This document shows positions 50,480 to 64,000 of a stretch of 64,000 nt of DNA, one piece after another. Location: NCBI GenBank assembly GCA_024679065.1, contig JAGIQG010000013.1, forward strand, positions 19,158,001 to 19,222,000. The letters are read 5' to 3'. The stretch is from Sphyrna mokarran. Lineage: Eukaryota. Position 1 is the first letter of the stretch; the number at the start of each line of letters is the position of its first letter. A model generated the notes under the pieces. That model was not told the origin of the DNA, searched no databases, and saw only the letters and a program-made list of their open reading frames with translations. The translations under genes were made by a program, and so were the position numbers.

Positions 50480-53260
50480 AAATAAGAAATTAGATGTAAG
50501 AGTAGAGCCTTCACCCCTCCAGCATTCAGTAAGATTGTGGCTAATCAGTCTGCAGCCTCAACTTCGCTTTTCTGTCTGCCTCCATAACTCTTGAACCTTT
50601 GTTGGTCAAAACTCTGTCCAATTTAGCCTGGGGACAACTCCCAAGAAGTTGTCTCACTGTGGCGCCATTTTTTCTCACGGGCCCTGAATATATTCAACGC
50701 CTACGACTCATCCCCATCTCACTCCACTATTTGCTGGAAAAAAAATTCTCAAGATTAATGACCGTCTGAGAAAAATAATCTTTCTCATCTCTGTCTTGAA
50801 TTAGAGATGTCTTTCTCTGAAACTATGCCTCCTAGTACTGGGAAACCCCACCTGGGAAACATTTTCATAGCCTCCATCAAGCTACCTCAGAATCTTCTAT
50901 GTTTTAATGAGATCAATTGTTATTCTTCCAAACTCTCGTGACTCTAGACCTGATTAACTCAACGTTTCCTCATAAGACAACCCCTTAATCCCAGGAATCA
51001 ACCTGGTGTATTTTCTCTCCACTACCTCCAAAGTAAGAATGTCCCTTCTTAAATAAGGAGACCAGGCTGAACTCAGTATTCTAGATGCTGCCTCACCAAT
51101 GCCTTGTACAGTTGTAACAAGACTTTTCAACTTCTATCCTCCTTGTAATCAATGCCAACTTTTCTTCTGGATACTCGTTGAATTTGCATGCTAACCTTTC
51201 ATGATTCATGTACAAGGACACTCCAATCCCTTTGCACTGCAGCATCCTCTGGTCTCCCTCAAATTGAACAATACTCTACTTTTCTATTTTTTCTCTACCC
51301 AAGTAGATAGCTCACATTTTACCTCCATTTTCCAAATTTTTACTCAGACGCTTAACCTATCCATGTCCTTTTGTAGACTTTTTTGTGCTCCTCATAGTTT
51401 GCTTTATTTCCTTTGTTATATCGCCAGCAAATCTAAGTGATTAATCTAGTAATGGAGGCCCCGGCTCTGATTCCTGTGGCATCCCAATACTTACTGTTTG
51501 CCCATTTGAAAATGACCCACTTATACTGTTTCCTGTTAGTTATCCAATCCTATATGCATGCCTATATCTTAACCTAACACCGCACACTTACCTTTTGAAA
51601 TAATCTTCGATGCGGTATATTGTGTGGCACCTTTTGGAAATCTGAAACTATGTCTGCCCTATTTGTTACGTTCTGAAAGATCTCTAATAAATGTATCGAA
51701 TACAATTCCCCTTTCATAAAATCATGCTGACTCTGCTTGGTTATATTATGATTGTTTACATATCTTGCTATTACTTCCTTAATAATGAATTCCAGCATTT
51801 CCTTAGTAACAAATGTTAGGCTAACTGACCTATAGCTTCTTGCTTTCTGTCTCCCTCCTTTCCTAAGTATTAAATTTGCAGATTTCCAATCTGGATCTTT
51901 CAGCATCTGAGGAATTTTGGAAGATTACAGATCCTATTATGCAACTTTTGGTCCCAAGAGTTTTCCCGATTTTCCCCAGTGACAGGCATTATTTTAAGCT
52001 CTGCCTCCCGTTGTTCTAGTGATTTTCTGCTGTTCTTGAGTGCTCCCAGTTTGTAAGGACAGGTGGAAAACAGTTATTTGGACAACTTATCTGGTGCAAC
52101 CCACCAAGTTTTCAGCTGGGGATCCTGCACCCAGTAACATGGTTGCTGAAGGATTTAGTAGAGTAGCTTCTCTGAAGGTAAGCCCACATGCTGACACCGT
52201 AACTAAAGCCCTCAAAGGTTTGAGTCAGTGACTGATAGTGGTTTGATTTTGGCAGCTACAGCATTATCATGCAGGGCTCTGAGATTACATAGACCTCGGA
52301 TTCTCCTGCACCTGGATAATTGTGGCTATGTCCATCTAAGATGTCTTGATGCACACTTCCCCTGTCCCCACCTAGCTATTTGCCAACACAATGACTCCTT
52401 TTGGTTGGGCAATGCTTAATCACAGCATGAGATTAAGAAGTTAATTGAGCACATCTTGCCTCATTACAAAGAAGAAACAAAAGTTTATGGAATAGATCAT
52501 TTTGTTTTTGCATAGACACTGAAGTAATTTATGCAATTTTAGATCCCACTGAGCAGGGTATTTACAGTGTTTGGGGTGGAAGAAGCTATGAGTGCCTAGT
52601 ACAATAGGCAACCTACCAAATTAGCATAGATACAAAAGACACAGATCCCAAAATTCCTCAGGTCATGATCCCAGTAGATGCCCATGGAAACATAGAAGAT
52701 AGGAGCAGGATTAGGCTATTCAGCCCATCAAGCCTAACCTGCCATTCAGTGTGACCATGGCTGATCCTCTAACTCAACATCATTCTCCTACTTGTTCCCC
52801 AAGTCACTTGGTGTCTTTAGTCTCTAGAAATCTATTTCTTCTTTCTTAGGTAGATTCAGTCATTTGACTCCACACCACTATGTGAAAGAGAATTCCATAC
52901 TTTCACCACTTTCTGCATGAAGAAATTTCTCCTTATCTCAGTCCCAAATGGCCTACGCCGTGTGCTGAGATTGTGACCCCTGTACTAGACCCCCCCCAGC
53001 CACAGGAACATCATCCCTGCATCCAGTCTCTCCAGCCCTGTTAGAATTTTATATTTTTCAACAAAATTCCCTCACATTTGTCAAAACTCCAGTGAATACA
53101 ATCTCATTCGACCCAATCTCTCCTCATATGAAAATCCTGCCATTCCAGGAATCAGTCTGGTGAATCTTCACTTAATTCCTTCTATGGCAAGTGTGTCCTT
53201 TCTTAGATAAAGAGACCAAAACTGCACACCATACTCCAGATGTGCTCTATCCAAGACCCT
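50480..53260 (-). mobile_element. Old degenerate CR1 fragments (~50480-52020 and ~52690-53260)
   Basis: SYRSVSLT, QHDFMKG, DFQKVPH remnants and typical CR1 3' ends. Confidence 0.7.
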
Positions 53261-53539
53261 GTGAATTCTCTACCACATCAGGCTGTGGAATCCTGCTCCT
53301 ATTTTTTATGTCTCTATCTCTCTCTGACGCCTCTCAGTCATTGATGAGACATTGTTCAGCCCACTCTATTCCCCTAAACCTGCTCATGGATTCCTAGTAG
53401 CCAGGTCAAGCTCATACATGAAGGATGATAACTTAATCTTCTTCTGTTCTTCTTAAGCAGAACCTCGGAGTCGAGGATGACTTGCTTCCACACTGAAGGT
53501 GTGTTCTCATGCGACTGAGGAGTCCTACACAGTCACAGG

Positions 53540-55110
53540 TGGGGCAGGTGATAGTGGGGTAGGCAGTGTTTGCAGGAGCAGGTGGGTATTTGGAGGAGTG
53601 GGTGATGGGTGGAGAAGTGGGTGATGGGTGGAGGAGTGGGTGGTGGGTGGAGGAGTGGGTGGTGGATGGAGAAGTGGGTGATGGGTGGAGGAGGGGGTGA
53701 TGGGTGGGGGAGCAGGTGATGGGTGGAGGAGTGGTGGGTGTTTGGAGGAGCGGGTGGTGGGTGGAGGAGCGGGTGGAGGAGCAGGTGGTGGGTGGAGGAG
53801 CGGGTGGTGGGTGGAGGAGCGGGTGGTGGGTGGAGGAGCGGGTGGTGGGTGGAGGAACGGGTGATGGTTGGAGGAGTGGGTGATGGTTGGAGGCGGGTGA
53901 TGGTTGGAGGAGTGGGTGATGGGTGGGGAAGTGGGTGATGGGTGGAGGAACAGGTGATGGGTGGAGGTGAAGCGGGTGATGGGTGGAGGAGCGGGTGTGG
54001 GTGGGGAGCAGGTGGTGGGTGGAGGAGCGGGTGGTGGGGTGGAGGAGCGGGTGGTGGGTGGAGGAACGGTGATGGTTGGAGGACGGGTGATGGTTGAGGA
54101 GCGGGTGATGGTTGGAGGAGCGGGTGATGGTTGGAGGAGTGGGTGATGGTGGGGAATGGGTGATGGGTGGAGGACAGGTAATGGTGGAGGAGCGGGTGAT
54201 GGGTGGAGGACAGGTGATGGTTGGAGGAGCAGGTAATGGGTGGAGGTGCGGGTGATGGTTGAGGAGCGGGTGATGGTGGAGCAGCGGGTAATGGGTGGAG
54301 GAGCGGGTGATGGGTGGAGGAGCGGTGATGGTGGAGGTGAAGCGGGTGATGGGTGGAGGAACAGGTAATGGGTGGAGGTGAAGCGGGTGATGGTTGGAGG
54401 AGTAGGTAATGGGTGGAGGAGTGGGTGATGGTTGGAGGAATGGGTGATGGTTGGAGGAGCGGGTGATGGTTGGAGGAGTGAGTGATGGGTGGAGGAGCGG
54501 GTGATGGTTGGAGGAGCAGGTGATGGTTGGAGGAGCGGGTGATGGTTGGAGAAGCGAGTGGTGGTTGGAGGAGTGGGTGATGGTTGGGGGAGCGGGTGAT
54601 GGTTGGAGGAGCGGGTGATGGTTGGAGAAGCGGGTGATGGTTGGAGAAGCGGGTGATGGGTGGAGGGCAGGTGATGGGTGGAGGAGTGGGTGATGGGTGG
54701 AGGAGTGGGTGATGGGTGGAGGAGTGGGTGATGGTTGGAGGAACGGGTGATGGGTGGAGGAGCGGGTGATGGGTGGAGGAGTGAGTGATGGTTGGAGGAA
54801 TGGGAGAAGTGGGTGGATTTGGAGGAGTTGTTGGGCGTTGGAAGAGTAGGTGAATTTGGAGGAGTGAGTGGGTGTTTGGAGGAGGGGGACAAGCAGGTGG
54901 ATTTGGAAGATTGGGTGGGTGTTTGGAAGAGTGAGTGGGTGGGTGGAGGAGAGGGTGGGTGGGTAACGGAGCAGGTGGGTGGAGGAGCAGGTAGTAGATG
55001 GTGGAGTAGGTGAATGGTTGGAGGAGTGGGGTGGTAGGTGGAGGAGCAGGAAGGTGCTCGGAGAAGTGCGTGAGTGGTTGGAGGAGCCGGTGGGTGGATG
55101 GGGGAGCAGT
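53540..55110. repeat. G-rich minisatellite, ~19-bp unit GGAGGAGCGGGTGATGG(G/T)T
   Basis: Directly visible tandem array with diverged ends. Confidence 0.95.
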
Positions 55111-55867
55111 GAAGCTTGGTGAAACTGTGCCTGCAAGAACTGTCATTGTTGTGAAGGAGAAAATCAGAGGGAAACTACGAGATCATTAAAATAAGGTTCA
55201 CAGGCTGTATCATTCCTGAGGTGCACTGGTGGCAGGGATGTGGGATAAAATACAACTTTAGGGTTCAAAAAGATGTGACAGACTCGAATGATTTGATATG
55301 TGTGGAATGTAACAGAGAGGTATAATTCATCACTTGTCAACAATACAGGGAAGATGTTATTTGAAAATATTTACAACTTTCGGTATGACCTTTAAGAACT
55401 GTAAATGGAAATTAGAAGTGAAAATGTTTGGGTACAAACAGTTTCCGGCAGGTTTTGCAGTGGTCAGACAAACACAACTGAACACTAACCAAAACGGTGG
55501 TGACCTTTCAGCTTATCCACAATTCTAATTGAAACAATTCATCTTTTAAAACCTTAATAAACAAATAAAACATCATGCTCGGCTGCCTGCTTTGAGATGT
55601 CACGATATCATTAACCAAAAAAAGGTCACGCGATTATTTATGTATGAAATTAAATAATGCTAAATTGAAAGCCAGCAAGCATGATATAAATCTTATACTT
55701 GACCAATAACTGCATGTTTATTTCCAGTAAATAGTTTTCTCACACTATGAAACATAAGGTTTGAAATGTTTTCACTGTGCATAACACACAATAACAGCAT
55801 TTAGCGTATAAAGGTACCTTAGGCAATGTCATTGAAGAACTGCAATTATAGAGCAAGGCAGTAAAAG

Positions 55868-57090
55868 AATAGAACATAGAACATAGAACAATACAGCACA
55901 GAACAGGCCCTTCGGCCTTCGATGTTGTGCCGACCAAAATAACAAGCAATGCCCCTCCTAACTAAACCATTCCCTTCTCATCCATATACTTATCAACTAA
56001 CCTCTTAAACGCCACCAAACTTGGCGCATCTACAACAGCTGCAGGCAGGGCATTCCACTCCCTAATCACTCTTTGAGTAAAGAACCTACCTCTGATATCC
56101 GTCCTATAACTCATACCCCTTAATTTAAAGTTTGTCCCCTCGTGCTAGCTTTCTCCATCCTAGGAAAAAGGCTATCACTGTCCACCCTATCCAACCTCTA
56201 ATATCTTATATGCTTCAAAAGATCCCCCCTTAGCCGCCTCCTTTCTAACGAAAACAACCTCAAATCCTTCAACCTCTCTTCATAGGACCTGCCCTCCATA
56301 CCAGGCAACATCCTAGTAAACCTCCTCTGTACCCTCTCCAATGCCTCCACATCTTTCTTATAATGTGGCGACCAGAACTGCACACAATACTCCAAGTGCG
56401 GCCGCACTAGAGTTTTGTACAGCTGCAACATGATGCTGCGGCTCCTAAATTCAATCCCCCTACCAATAAAAGCTAAGACTCCATAAGCCTTCTTAACAAC
56501 TTTATCCACTTGACTGCCTACTTTCAGGGATCTATTGACACATACACCAAGATCCTTCTGTTCCTCAACACTATTAAGAGCCCTACCATTAGCCCTATAC
56601 TCTACACATTTATTGTTCCTGCCAAAGTGCATTACCTCACACTTTTCCACATTAAACTCCATTTGCCACCTCTCGGCCCAGCTCTGCAACTTGTCCAAGT
56701 CACTCTGTAAACTAAACACCCCTCTTCACTATCTACCACACCACCAACTTTAGTATCATCTGCAAATTTACTGATCCATCCCTCAATACCCTCATCCAGA
56801 TCATTTATAAAAATTACAAACAGCAGGGGCCCCAAAACAGACCCCTGAGGCACACCACTCGTCACCGAACTCCACGATGAATATCTCCCATCAACCACCA
56901 CCCTCTGTCTTCTATCTGCCAGCCAATTTCTAATCCAATTAGCTAAATCACCCTCTATTCCACACATCTGCATTTTCTGTAGAAGTCTTCCATGGGCCAC
57001 CTTATCAAAAGCCTTACTAAAGTCCATATATACTACATCAACCGCCTTACCCCCATCCACCTCTCTGGTCACTTTCTCAAAAAACTCAAT
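55868..57090 (-). mobile_element. Young CR1 LINE, near-identical inverted copy of 43015-44248
   Basis: The peptide and nucleotide sequences are almost identical to 42452-44248. Confidence 0.95.
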
Positions 57091-58395
57091 GATACTTTTC
57101 TTTCTCACTCATTTGCTTCCTCATCTCTTGCTGTAATTTACTGTATTTTTTTTATTTATTATTCATCATGGGATCTGAGTGTCGCTGGCTAAACCAGCGT
57201 TTATCATTCATCCCAGTGACCCTTGAGAAGGTAGTGGTGAGCTGCTCTCTTAAACCGTTAATCAGTTATCAAATCAAAAGTCATGGAACCAATCAGGGCT
57301 TTTCAAAGAGTGTTTCAGTTATCATCCACATTTGATGTTCCTAACAGGACTCATTCAAAATACCCACTGACACCAAAAAATACATTTTTCTCTTTATTCA
57401 TTTTATGGGACATGGACATCGCTAGCTAAACTGAGATTCATTGCCCATCCCTTGAGAAGAGGGTGGTGAGTTGCCTTCTCGAACTGTTGCAGTGCCTAAG
57501 GTGCAGGTACACCCAAAGTGCTGTTAGGGAGAAAGTTCCAGGGTTTTGACCCAGTAACACTGAAGGAATAGCGAAATATTTTCAAGTCAGGATGATGAGT
57601 TACTTGGAGGAGAATCTCCTGGTGGTGGTGGTTCCATGTGTCTGCTGCCCTTGTCCTTCTAGGTGGAAGTGGTTGTGAATTTGGGAAATGTTGGCACAGG
57701 ACAAGTTTGGTTAGAGGCTGCTTTGCATCTTGTAGATGGTACCCATAGCTGCTACTGTGCTGTGGTGGAATCACAGAACCCTACAGAATTATAGAACCCT
57801 ACACTGCAGAAAGAGGCCCTTTGGCCCATCGAGTCTGCACTGAACACAATCCCACCCAGGCCCTACTACCATATCCCTACATATTATACCCACTAATCCC
57901 TCTAACCTACACATCCCTGGACACTAAGAGGAATTTTTTTAGCAAAGCAAATCAACCTAACACGCACATCTTTGGATGGTGGGTTTCCTCCAGGTGGGTA
58001 CCTGGAGGAAACCCACGCAGACATGAAGAGAATGTGCAAACTCCACACAGACAATGGCCCGAACCAGGAATCGAACCCAGGACCCTGGAGCTGTGAAGCA
58101 GCAGTGCTAACACTGTGCCATGGTGGAGGGAGTGAATGTTTGCAAATTGGATATCAATAAAGTGGCTGCTTTGTCCTAGATGGTGTCAGGTTTCTTGCGT
58201 GATGTTGGAGCTGCACCCATTCTGGGAAGGGCAGAGTATTTCATCACACTCCTGATTTGGGTCTTGTGGGTGGACAGGCTTTGGGGAGTCGGGGTTCCTA
58301 ATGTCAGATTCCTAATGTCAGACCTGCTCCGTTAGCCACAGTATTTATATGGTTTGTCCAGTTCTGGTCAAAGGTAACACCCAGGATGTTGACAG

Positions 58396-59267
58396 TATAA
58401 TACAGTAGGGGTATTCAACACTCCACATGCAACAATGGGAATCCCACCAGCAGGGTTGTTAATGAACTGATATCTCAGGACACCTCATGTTTCCAAAGTT
58501 GCCGTGGAGGATAGAGCCCAGCCAAAGCAGTCAGGGGACAAGGCATCGTTTATGTCAGTTAACACAATGGTTTATCATGGATGTGTCTGTGAGGGATTTT
58601 GAGTAGTGGGTCGAGTTCGGTCCCTGGAATTGTTGTGTCTAAAACTGGACCCCTGTCTTATCAAGTGAACATAGAAGGTAAGATTGTCTGAAAATATATA
58701 GATTATTTGACAAAAAGAGAGTGGCATAGCAGCCAGTTATGGTATATGGAAGTATATTGCCATCAGGAAATGTTACCGACTGTAGTAACACTGAAGCACC
58801 TGGTCATTTTATTGCAGGCACAATTGACAACTCCGTGGAAACAGATACCACTGAAATGCCAGTGTCTGAAAAGATGCTTGTCATTATGGCCTGGGTTGAC
58901 AACAATCTTGTAGAGTTGCCCCAGATGGTGGAGTTACACCCTCCACAAGGATTTGGAAACTCCCTGAAAGAATTAATTTACAATCGATTAAATTCATGTT
59001 TAATTATCTTGGACTGCGTATGTTGTGCATTGACATTTATATAAAAGGACTTAGAGGAGGAAGTGTGTGGTGACAGTCCCTTGAAGGATCAAGCTGCAGA
59101 GCAAGGGTCACATGACTTGGGGAACCAATAGGGAAGAAGGTTGGGGCAAAGGCAGGCTTCTATAGCCTCGGGAGATGATTACAGCCATGAGGCTGCAAAC
59201 CCCTGTTGTAGTTTTAACCGATAAATAAATTAGTTGTGTTTTCTCCTAGCTGGTGGGCATTTTTACA
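58396..59267 (+). mobile_element. Gypsy/Ty3 LTR retrotransposon remnant (integrase C-terminus, PPT, 3' LTR)
   Basis: VPGIVVSKTGPLSYQVNIEGK GPY/F-like module. PPT AGAGGAGGAAG at 59053-59063, then a TG...CA LTR (~59064-59267) with CCAAT and AATAAA. Confidence 0.7.
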
Positions 59268-62149
59268 GTATGACAATGTTAGGCGGTTGCTTGGCTTGCC
59301 TGTGGGACAGCTCTCCCAATTTTGGTACAAGCCCCCAGACATTAATAAAGCTGTTCTTATTTAACACTACCTTGTATATTTTTAGCAGAATTCACCAGGT
59401 AATAAACAGGAATGAGAGATCTGGTTGACTTTCCTCTTCCCACCCAAGGGTAATTGTAATGCTCCTGACCACTGTCATTTGGCACTGTATGGGCTGGGGA
59501 TTGAACCTGGGAATTCCCTGGTCATCTGATAATTTCACTGAGATTTGAAGGGAAGATGTGATATTGTTAAAACATTGTAACGTCGTTACATTTCCTACAT
59601 CATAATAAGCGAATCCATTTCAAAAGTGTTTCATTGGCTGAAAAGGCAGTGGCATAGTGGTATTGTCAGTGAACTTGTAATCCAGAAACCTAGGTTCAAA
59701 TCCCAGCATGGCAGCTGGTGACCTTTTGAGTTCAATAAAAATCTGGAATTAAAATTCTAACAGTGACCACGAAACAATTGTCGATTGTTAAAAAACCATC
59801 TGGTTCATTAATATACTTTGGGGAAGGAAATCTGCCATCCTTACCTGGTCTGGCCTACACGGGACTCCAAATCCACAGCAATGTGGTTGCCTCTCAAATG
59901 GGACAGGCAATAAACGCTGGTTCAGCCAGCAACACCCCTGCTCCACTGTGGCCGCACGGTAGCACAGTGGTTAGCACTGCTGCCTCACAGCGCCAGGGAC
60001 CCAGGTTTGATTCCCAGCTTGGGTTACCATTTGTTTTCCCCGTGTCTGCATGAGTTTCCTCTGGATGCTCTGGTTTCCTCCCACAGTCCAAAAGATGTGC
60101 TGGTTAGGTGCATTGGCCATGTTAAATTTTCTCTCAGTGTAGCCGAACAGGTGCTAGAGTGTGACAACTAGAAGATTTTCACAATAACATCATTGCAGTG
60201 TTAATGTAAGTCCACTTGTGACACTGATAAATAAACTTAAAATGAATAAAGAGGGAAAAAAAAGTGCTTCAGGATGTCCTGAGGGCATGAACAGTGCTAT
60301 ATAAATGCAAATCATTCTTTTCTTCTTAACCCAGCTCCTGATTGTCCAGAACTTCCTTTTCTAAAAAAAACCCACATCATTTATGCCACTTGTGGTGCAG
60401 TGACCCAGTTAAATCAGACAAAAACTGATACCTGTACCAGCTTCATTGGCTACTTGCCTGAGAGTGCTAATGCATGTAGAGGAATGCGAATTTTTGAATG
60501 TGAATTACACAAATCACTTACGCCCTGAAATGTCACAAGTGACAGCAACTTGAATTTCTACAGCACCTTGAATACACAGAAATGTTGCAAAATGCTTCGG
60601 GCATGTAAGGAGATATGTGAATCAGGAATAAGCTGAGCAAAAAAGGTAGATTTCGGAGAGGTGGAAAGACAAAGGGAATTAGGTCAGGAATTCCACATCT
60701 TAATGAACAGAAACGGCTGTCAATAATAGATTTTAAAAAGATCAGGGAAGAAGCTATAACTGGGGTGAACAGAGAGATCCCAGAGGATAATTTGGCTGGA
60801 AGGGGTTACAGGGGAATGGAAGGACAAGGCACTGGAGAGACCTAAGAATAAGGGTGAGAATTTTTAAATTTAGGTCAGTTGCCATGCCACTTGCTAAGTT
60901 CTGCGGTCTTGGTTTCGTTACTATAGTTTCAATAGCTCTTCATGATTTGTCTGTACAATTTGAAGACAGGATGTGGGTGACGCTAGGCAAAGCCATATAT
61001 GGCACAGTGGTTAGCACTGCTGCCTTACAGTGCCAGGGACCTGGGTTCAATTCCAGCTTCAGGTCACTGTCCGTGCGGACATGGGTTTCCTCCGGATGCT
61101 CCAGTTTCCTCCCACAGTCTGAAAGACTTGCTGGTAAGGTGCACTGGCCATACCAAATTCTCCCTCAGTGTATCCGAGCAGGCGCTGGAGTGTGGCGACA
61201 TGGGGATTTTCACAGCAACTTCATTGCAGTGTTGATGTAAGCCTACTTGTGATTAATAAATAAACTTTAAACTTATTTAAAAAATTTTTTGTAGAATTTA
61301 TTAACTATGCTTAGCTACCCTCGGAGATGGTATTGAGCCTCGTCATGAATTCTGTAGTCATTTGGTAATTGTGTGTACATAGTGAATTCCAGAATATTGA
61401 CCCAAGTACAATAAAGAATTGACAACATACATCCAAGTCAAGAAGGTGCACGTCTTGGAAAGAAACTTGAAGTTCTTAACTATCTTCTGGGGGGAGGGGT
61501 AAAGAGAAACATTTGCAGGAGATTCCTTTCAATGATTCTCAAATCAACACAAACTTATAGATTGGTGACATTGAGCGCAATCTCATCTGCTATATAAGCA
61601 CTAATTGTCCTCTGAAATATCAAGAAATGAATTTTTGACATGCACACACACTTCCAACATGAAAAGTAATGGCTTCTGTCTTGATATAGGAGTTTAGACA
61701 TGGACACCTAATGATACCAACAACATGTGGAGTAGGAAGATTATAATTGCAGCATAAAAGGTTAAAGTCAGATATGTAAGTAAGTACAATAAGATCACAT
61801 GAAAAGAGTATGCTAAGAGATAGTTCTATGTAGAGCCTCATGCTATATTGTATAAAGTTGGTATAATGTTCAGTAAAAGGTAAAATTTATCAAAGGCTTT
61901 GCCTTGAGCATTATCTACAAATCCAGACTATGAACAAAATCTAAGATCCACAATGATGATAACAAATTGTCAATCATTGTGCAAAGCTGACTTGATGCCA
62001 GCATTGTCATTTTCAAATGCCATGCCCCAGCCTCTTAATATCCAACAACTGTTAAATGGCAGGAAGAGTCACACACTAGTGCTATTTAAAGTGATTGTGA
62101 ACCATTATGACTTAGTTAGATGGAGCCGAATAAGTGGTGAATAACACTG

Positions 62150-64000
62150 GTGAACCCAAGGAGAAATATTTATGTGACTATGAGGGCAACAACTGAGGTA
62201 GAGAGTGCAAGGGAGGGGGATCTAAATGCCCCAGAGGACGGTAGGAGTGAGGGATGTGAGATAGTGGTGGGGGATGGGAAGGTCAAGGGGATCGACAGGC
62301 GGTTCTGTGGGCAAAAGCGGGACTCCAGGATGGTAGTCTGCCTCCCTGGAGCAGGGGTCCAGGATGTTACGGAGAGGGTAGAGGGAATTTTAAAGGGTGG
62401 AGGGGCTAAGGCTGATGTAATAGTCCACGTGGGAGAGAAAGATGTAGGAGCAAAGTGCAGGGGGGACATACGTAGGCAGTTTAGGGAGTTGGGGGCCCGG
62501 CTGAAGTGTAGGGCCTCCAGGGTGGCAGTCTCTGGGCTGCTGCCGATGCCTGGGAATGACAGGGTTAGGAACAACAAAGTGCTCCAACTGAATGCGTAGT
62601 TGAGGGATTGGTGTAGGGTGGAGGGATTCAGATTCTTAGACCATTGGGAAGTCTTCAGGAGGGAGGGGCATCTATACAAGAGGGACGGGGAACAGTTGTC
62701 TGGGAAGGGTACCCATATTTTAGCTGGGAGGTTAGCTGGAGTGTTTCGGCAGGGTTTAAACTAATATGGAGGGGGGGTGGGGAGATAGAGTGAACTGGGA
62801 GTGGGAGAGAGATGGGTGACAGGGTAAGTCCGGAGGGTAGGAGGGAAGATCAGAGAGTGCCTGAGGGCCTTCAGTGCATGTGTTTTAATGCAAGGAGTGT
62901 GACTGGCAAAACAGATGAACTGAAGGCAATAATGTTCGAGAGGAAGTTAGAAGTGGTGGCGGTGACTGAGACGTGGCTAAAGGAAGGGCAGGCCTGGCAA
63001 TTGAATATTCCGGGGTATAAGTGTTTTAGGCATGATAGAGGTGGTTTGAGGAGAGGAGGGGGAGTGGCGTTATTAGTTAAGGATCACATCATAGCAGGGC
63101 AGAAGGAGGGTGGTATGGCTGAGTTAGGAATTGAGTCGCTATGGGTGGAGTTGAGGAATAGGAAGGGAGAGGTTACTATGTTGGGTGTGTACTACAGACC
63201 GCCCAACAGTCCACGTGCCATGGAAGAAGGGATACGTAAGGAAATTTTAGATAGGTGTAGGAAGAATAGGGTAGTTGTAATGGGAGATTTCAATTTCCCT
63301 GGGGTAGATTGGAAGGTGCCGAGAGCGGGAGGTGCAGACGGGGAGGAATTTGTACAGTGTATTTTAGAAGGGTCCTTGGAGCAGTATGTGGATAGCCCGA
63401 CTAGAGAGGGGGCTATACTGGATCTGGTTCTGGGGAATGAGCCAGGGCAGGTGTTTGACGTTGTAGTAGGAGAGCATGTGTCTAATAGTGACCACAACTC
63501 TGTCTGCTTTAGGGTATTAATGGAAAAAGATGAAGCCTGCCTTAAGGGGAGGGTGTTAAACTGGGGGAGGGCTAGATATAGCCAGATTAGTCAGGATCTT
63601 AAGGATACCGACTGGGATAAGCTGTTCGAGGGTAGGTCGACGCTGCACATGTGGGAATCTTTCAAGGGAAAACTAAAATTTTTGCAGGATAGACACGTGC
63701 CGGCAAGGAGAAAGGATGGGAAGGGTAGGATTAGAGAACTGTGGGTTACTAGGGATGTTGAGGACTTGGTCGGGAAGAAGCAGGAGGCGTACGTTAGATC
63801 CAGGCAATTGGGGACAGAGGCAGCGCTGGAAAAATATAGAGAGTGTAGACGGGATCTTAAAAGGGGTGTCAGAAAGGCAAAAAGGGGCCACGAGATGGCT
63901 TTGGCATGTAGGATTAAGGAAAATCCTAAGGCATTTTACTCCTATGTAAGGAGCAAAAGGATGTTTAGAGGGAAGATTGGACCTCTCAGGGACAGAGGAG
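62150..64000 (+). mobile_element. CR1 LINE 5' region: ORF1 SGNH-esterase-like domain (62150-62764, one internal TAG) and ORF2 endonuclease, open from 62812 to the window end
   Basis: IVVGDG..RMVVCLPGA..VIVHVGEKD (SGNH fold). ORF2 has FNARS/TETW/YRPP/GDFN/SDH with no stop to 64000. Same family as 38212-41330. Confidence 0.92.

Noticed and set aside
50182-50493. 103-aa ORF in unique sequence
   Set aside because: It has a non-ATG start, no recognisable motifs and no convincing splice sites.
53433-55146. Three long Pro/His/Thr-rich ORFs (455-567 aa)
   Set aside because: They are artefacts of a stop-free C-rich minisatellite strand that is open in all three frames. There is no splice or domain evidence.
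1-64000. CRISPR arrays, operons or other prokaryotic systems
   Set aside because: The window is eukaryotic repeat-rich DNA with no repeat-spacer arrays.

Overview
This is vertebrate nuclear DNA, almost certainly from a cartilaginous fish (shark). It is dense in CR1 LINEs with (TTCTATG)n tails, HE1/V-SINE-type tRNA-derived SINEs, Rex1/Babar-like 3' ends, Penelope-like remnants and GC-rich MITE-like elements. Only one host gene is well supported: a multi-exon, minus-strand immunoglobulin-superfamily receptor at about 861-15722. I assembled it by hand from phase-compatible GT-AG splice sites as leader / V domain with a germline-joined J-like G strand / C1 domain / uncharged TM / Tyr-containing cytoplasmic exon(s). 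The V domain has CD28/CTLA4-like hallmarks (FG-loop PPP, an extra Cys pair) and the predicted tail has YMN/YLN motifs, yet the V domain sits on an antigen-receptor-type C1 domain. This non-rearranging 'VJ-C1' receptor is the most interesting element. Other observations: an ISRE/CRE cluster upstream of the gene; fold-back Penelope-like insertions with target-site duplications and hammerhead-like cores; a young CR1 family with a catalytically degenerate ORF1 esterase and a U_UUA_AAC slippery site at the ORF1/ORF2 junction; a ~2.2 kb local duplication; a tRNA-Pro pseudogene; a Gypsy remnant; and a 1.5 kb G-rich minisatellite. Repeat boundaries are approximate (read by eye).
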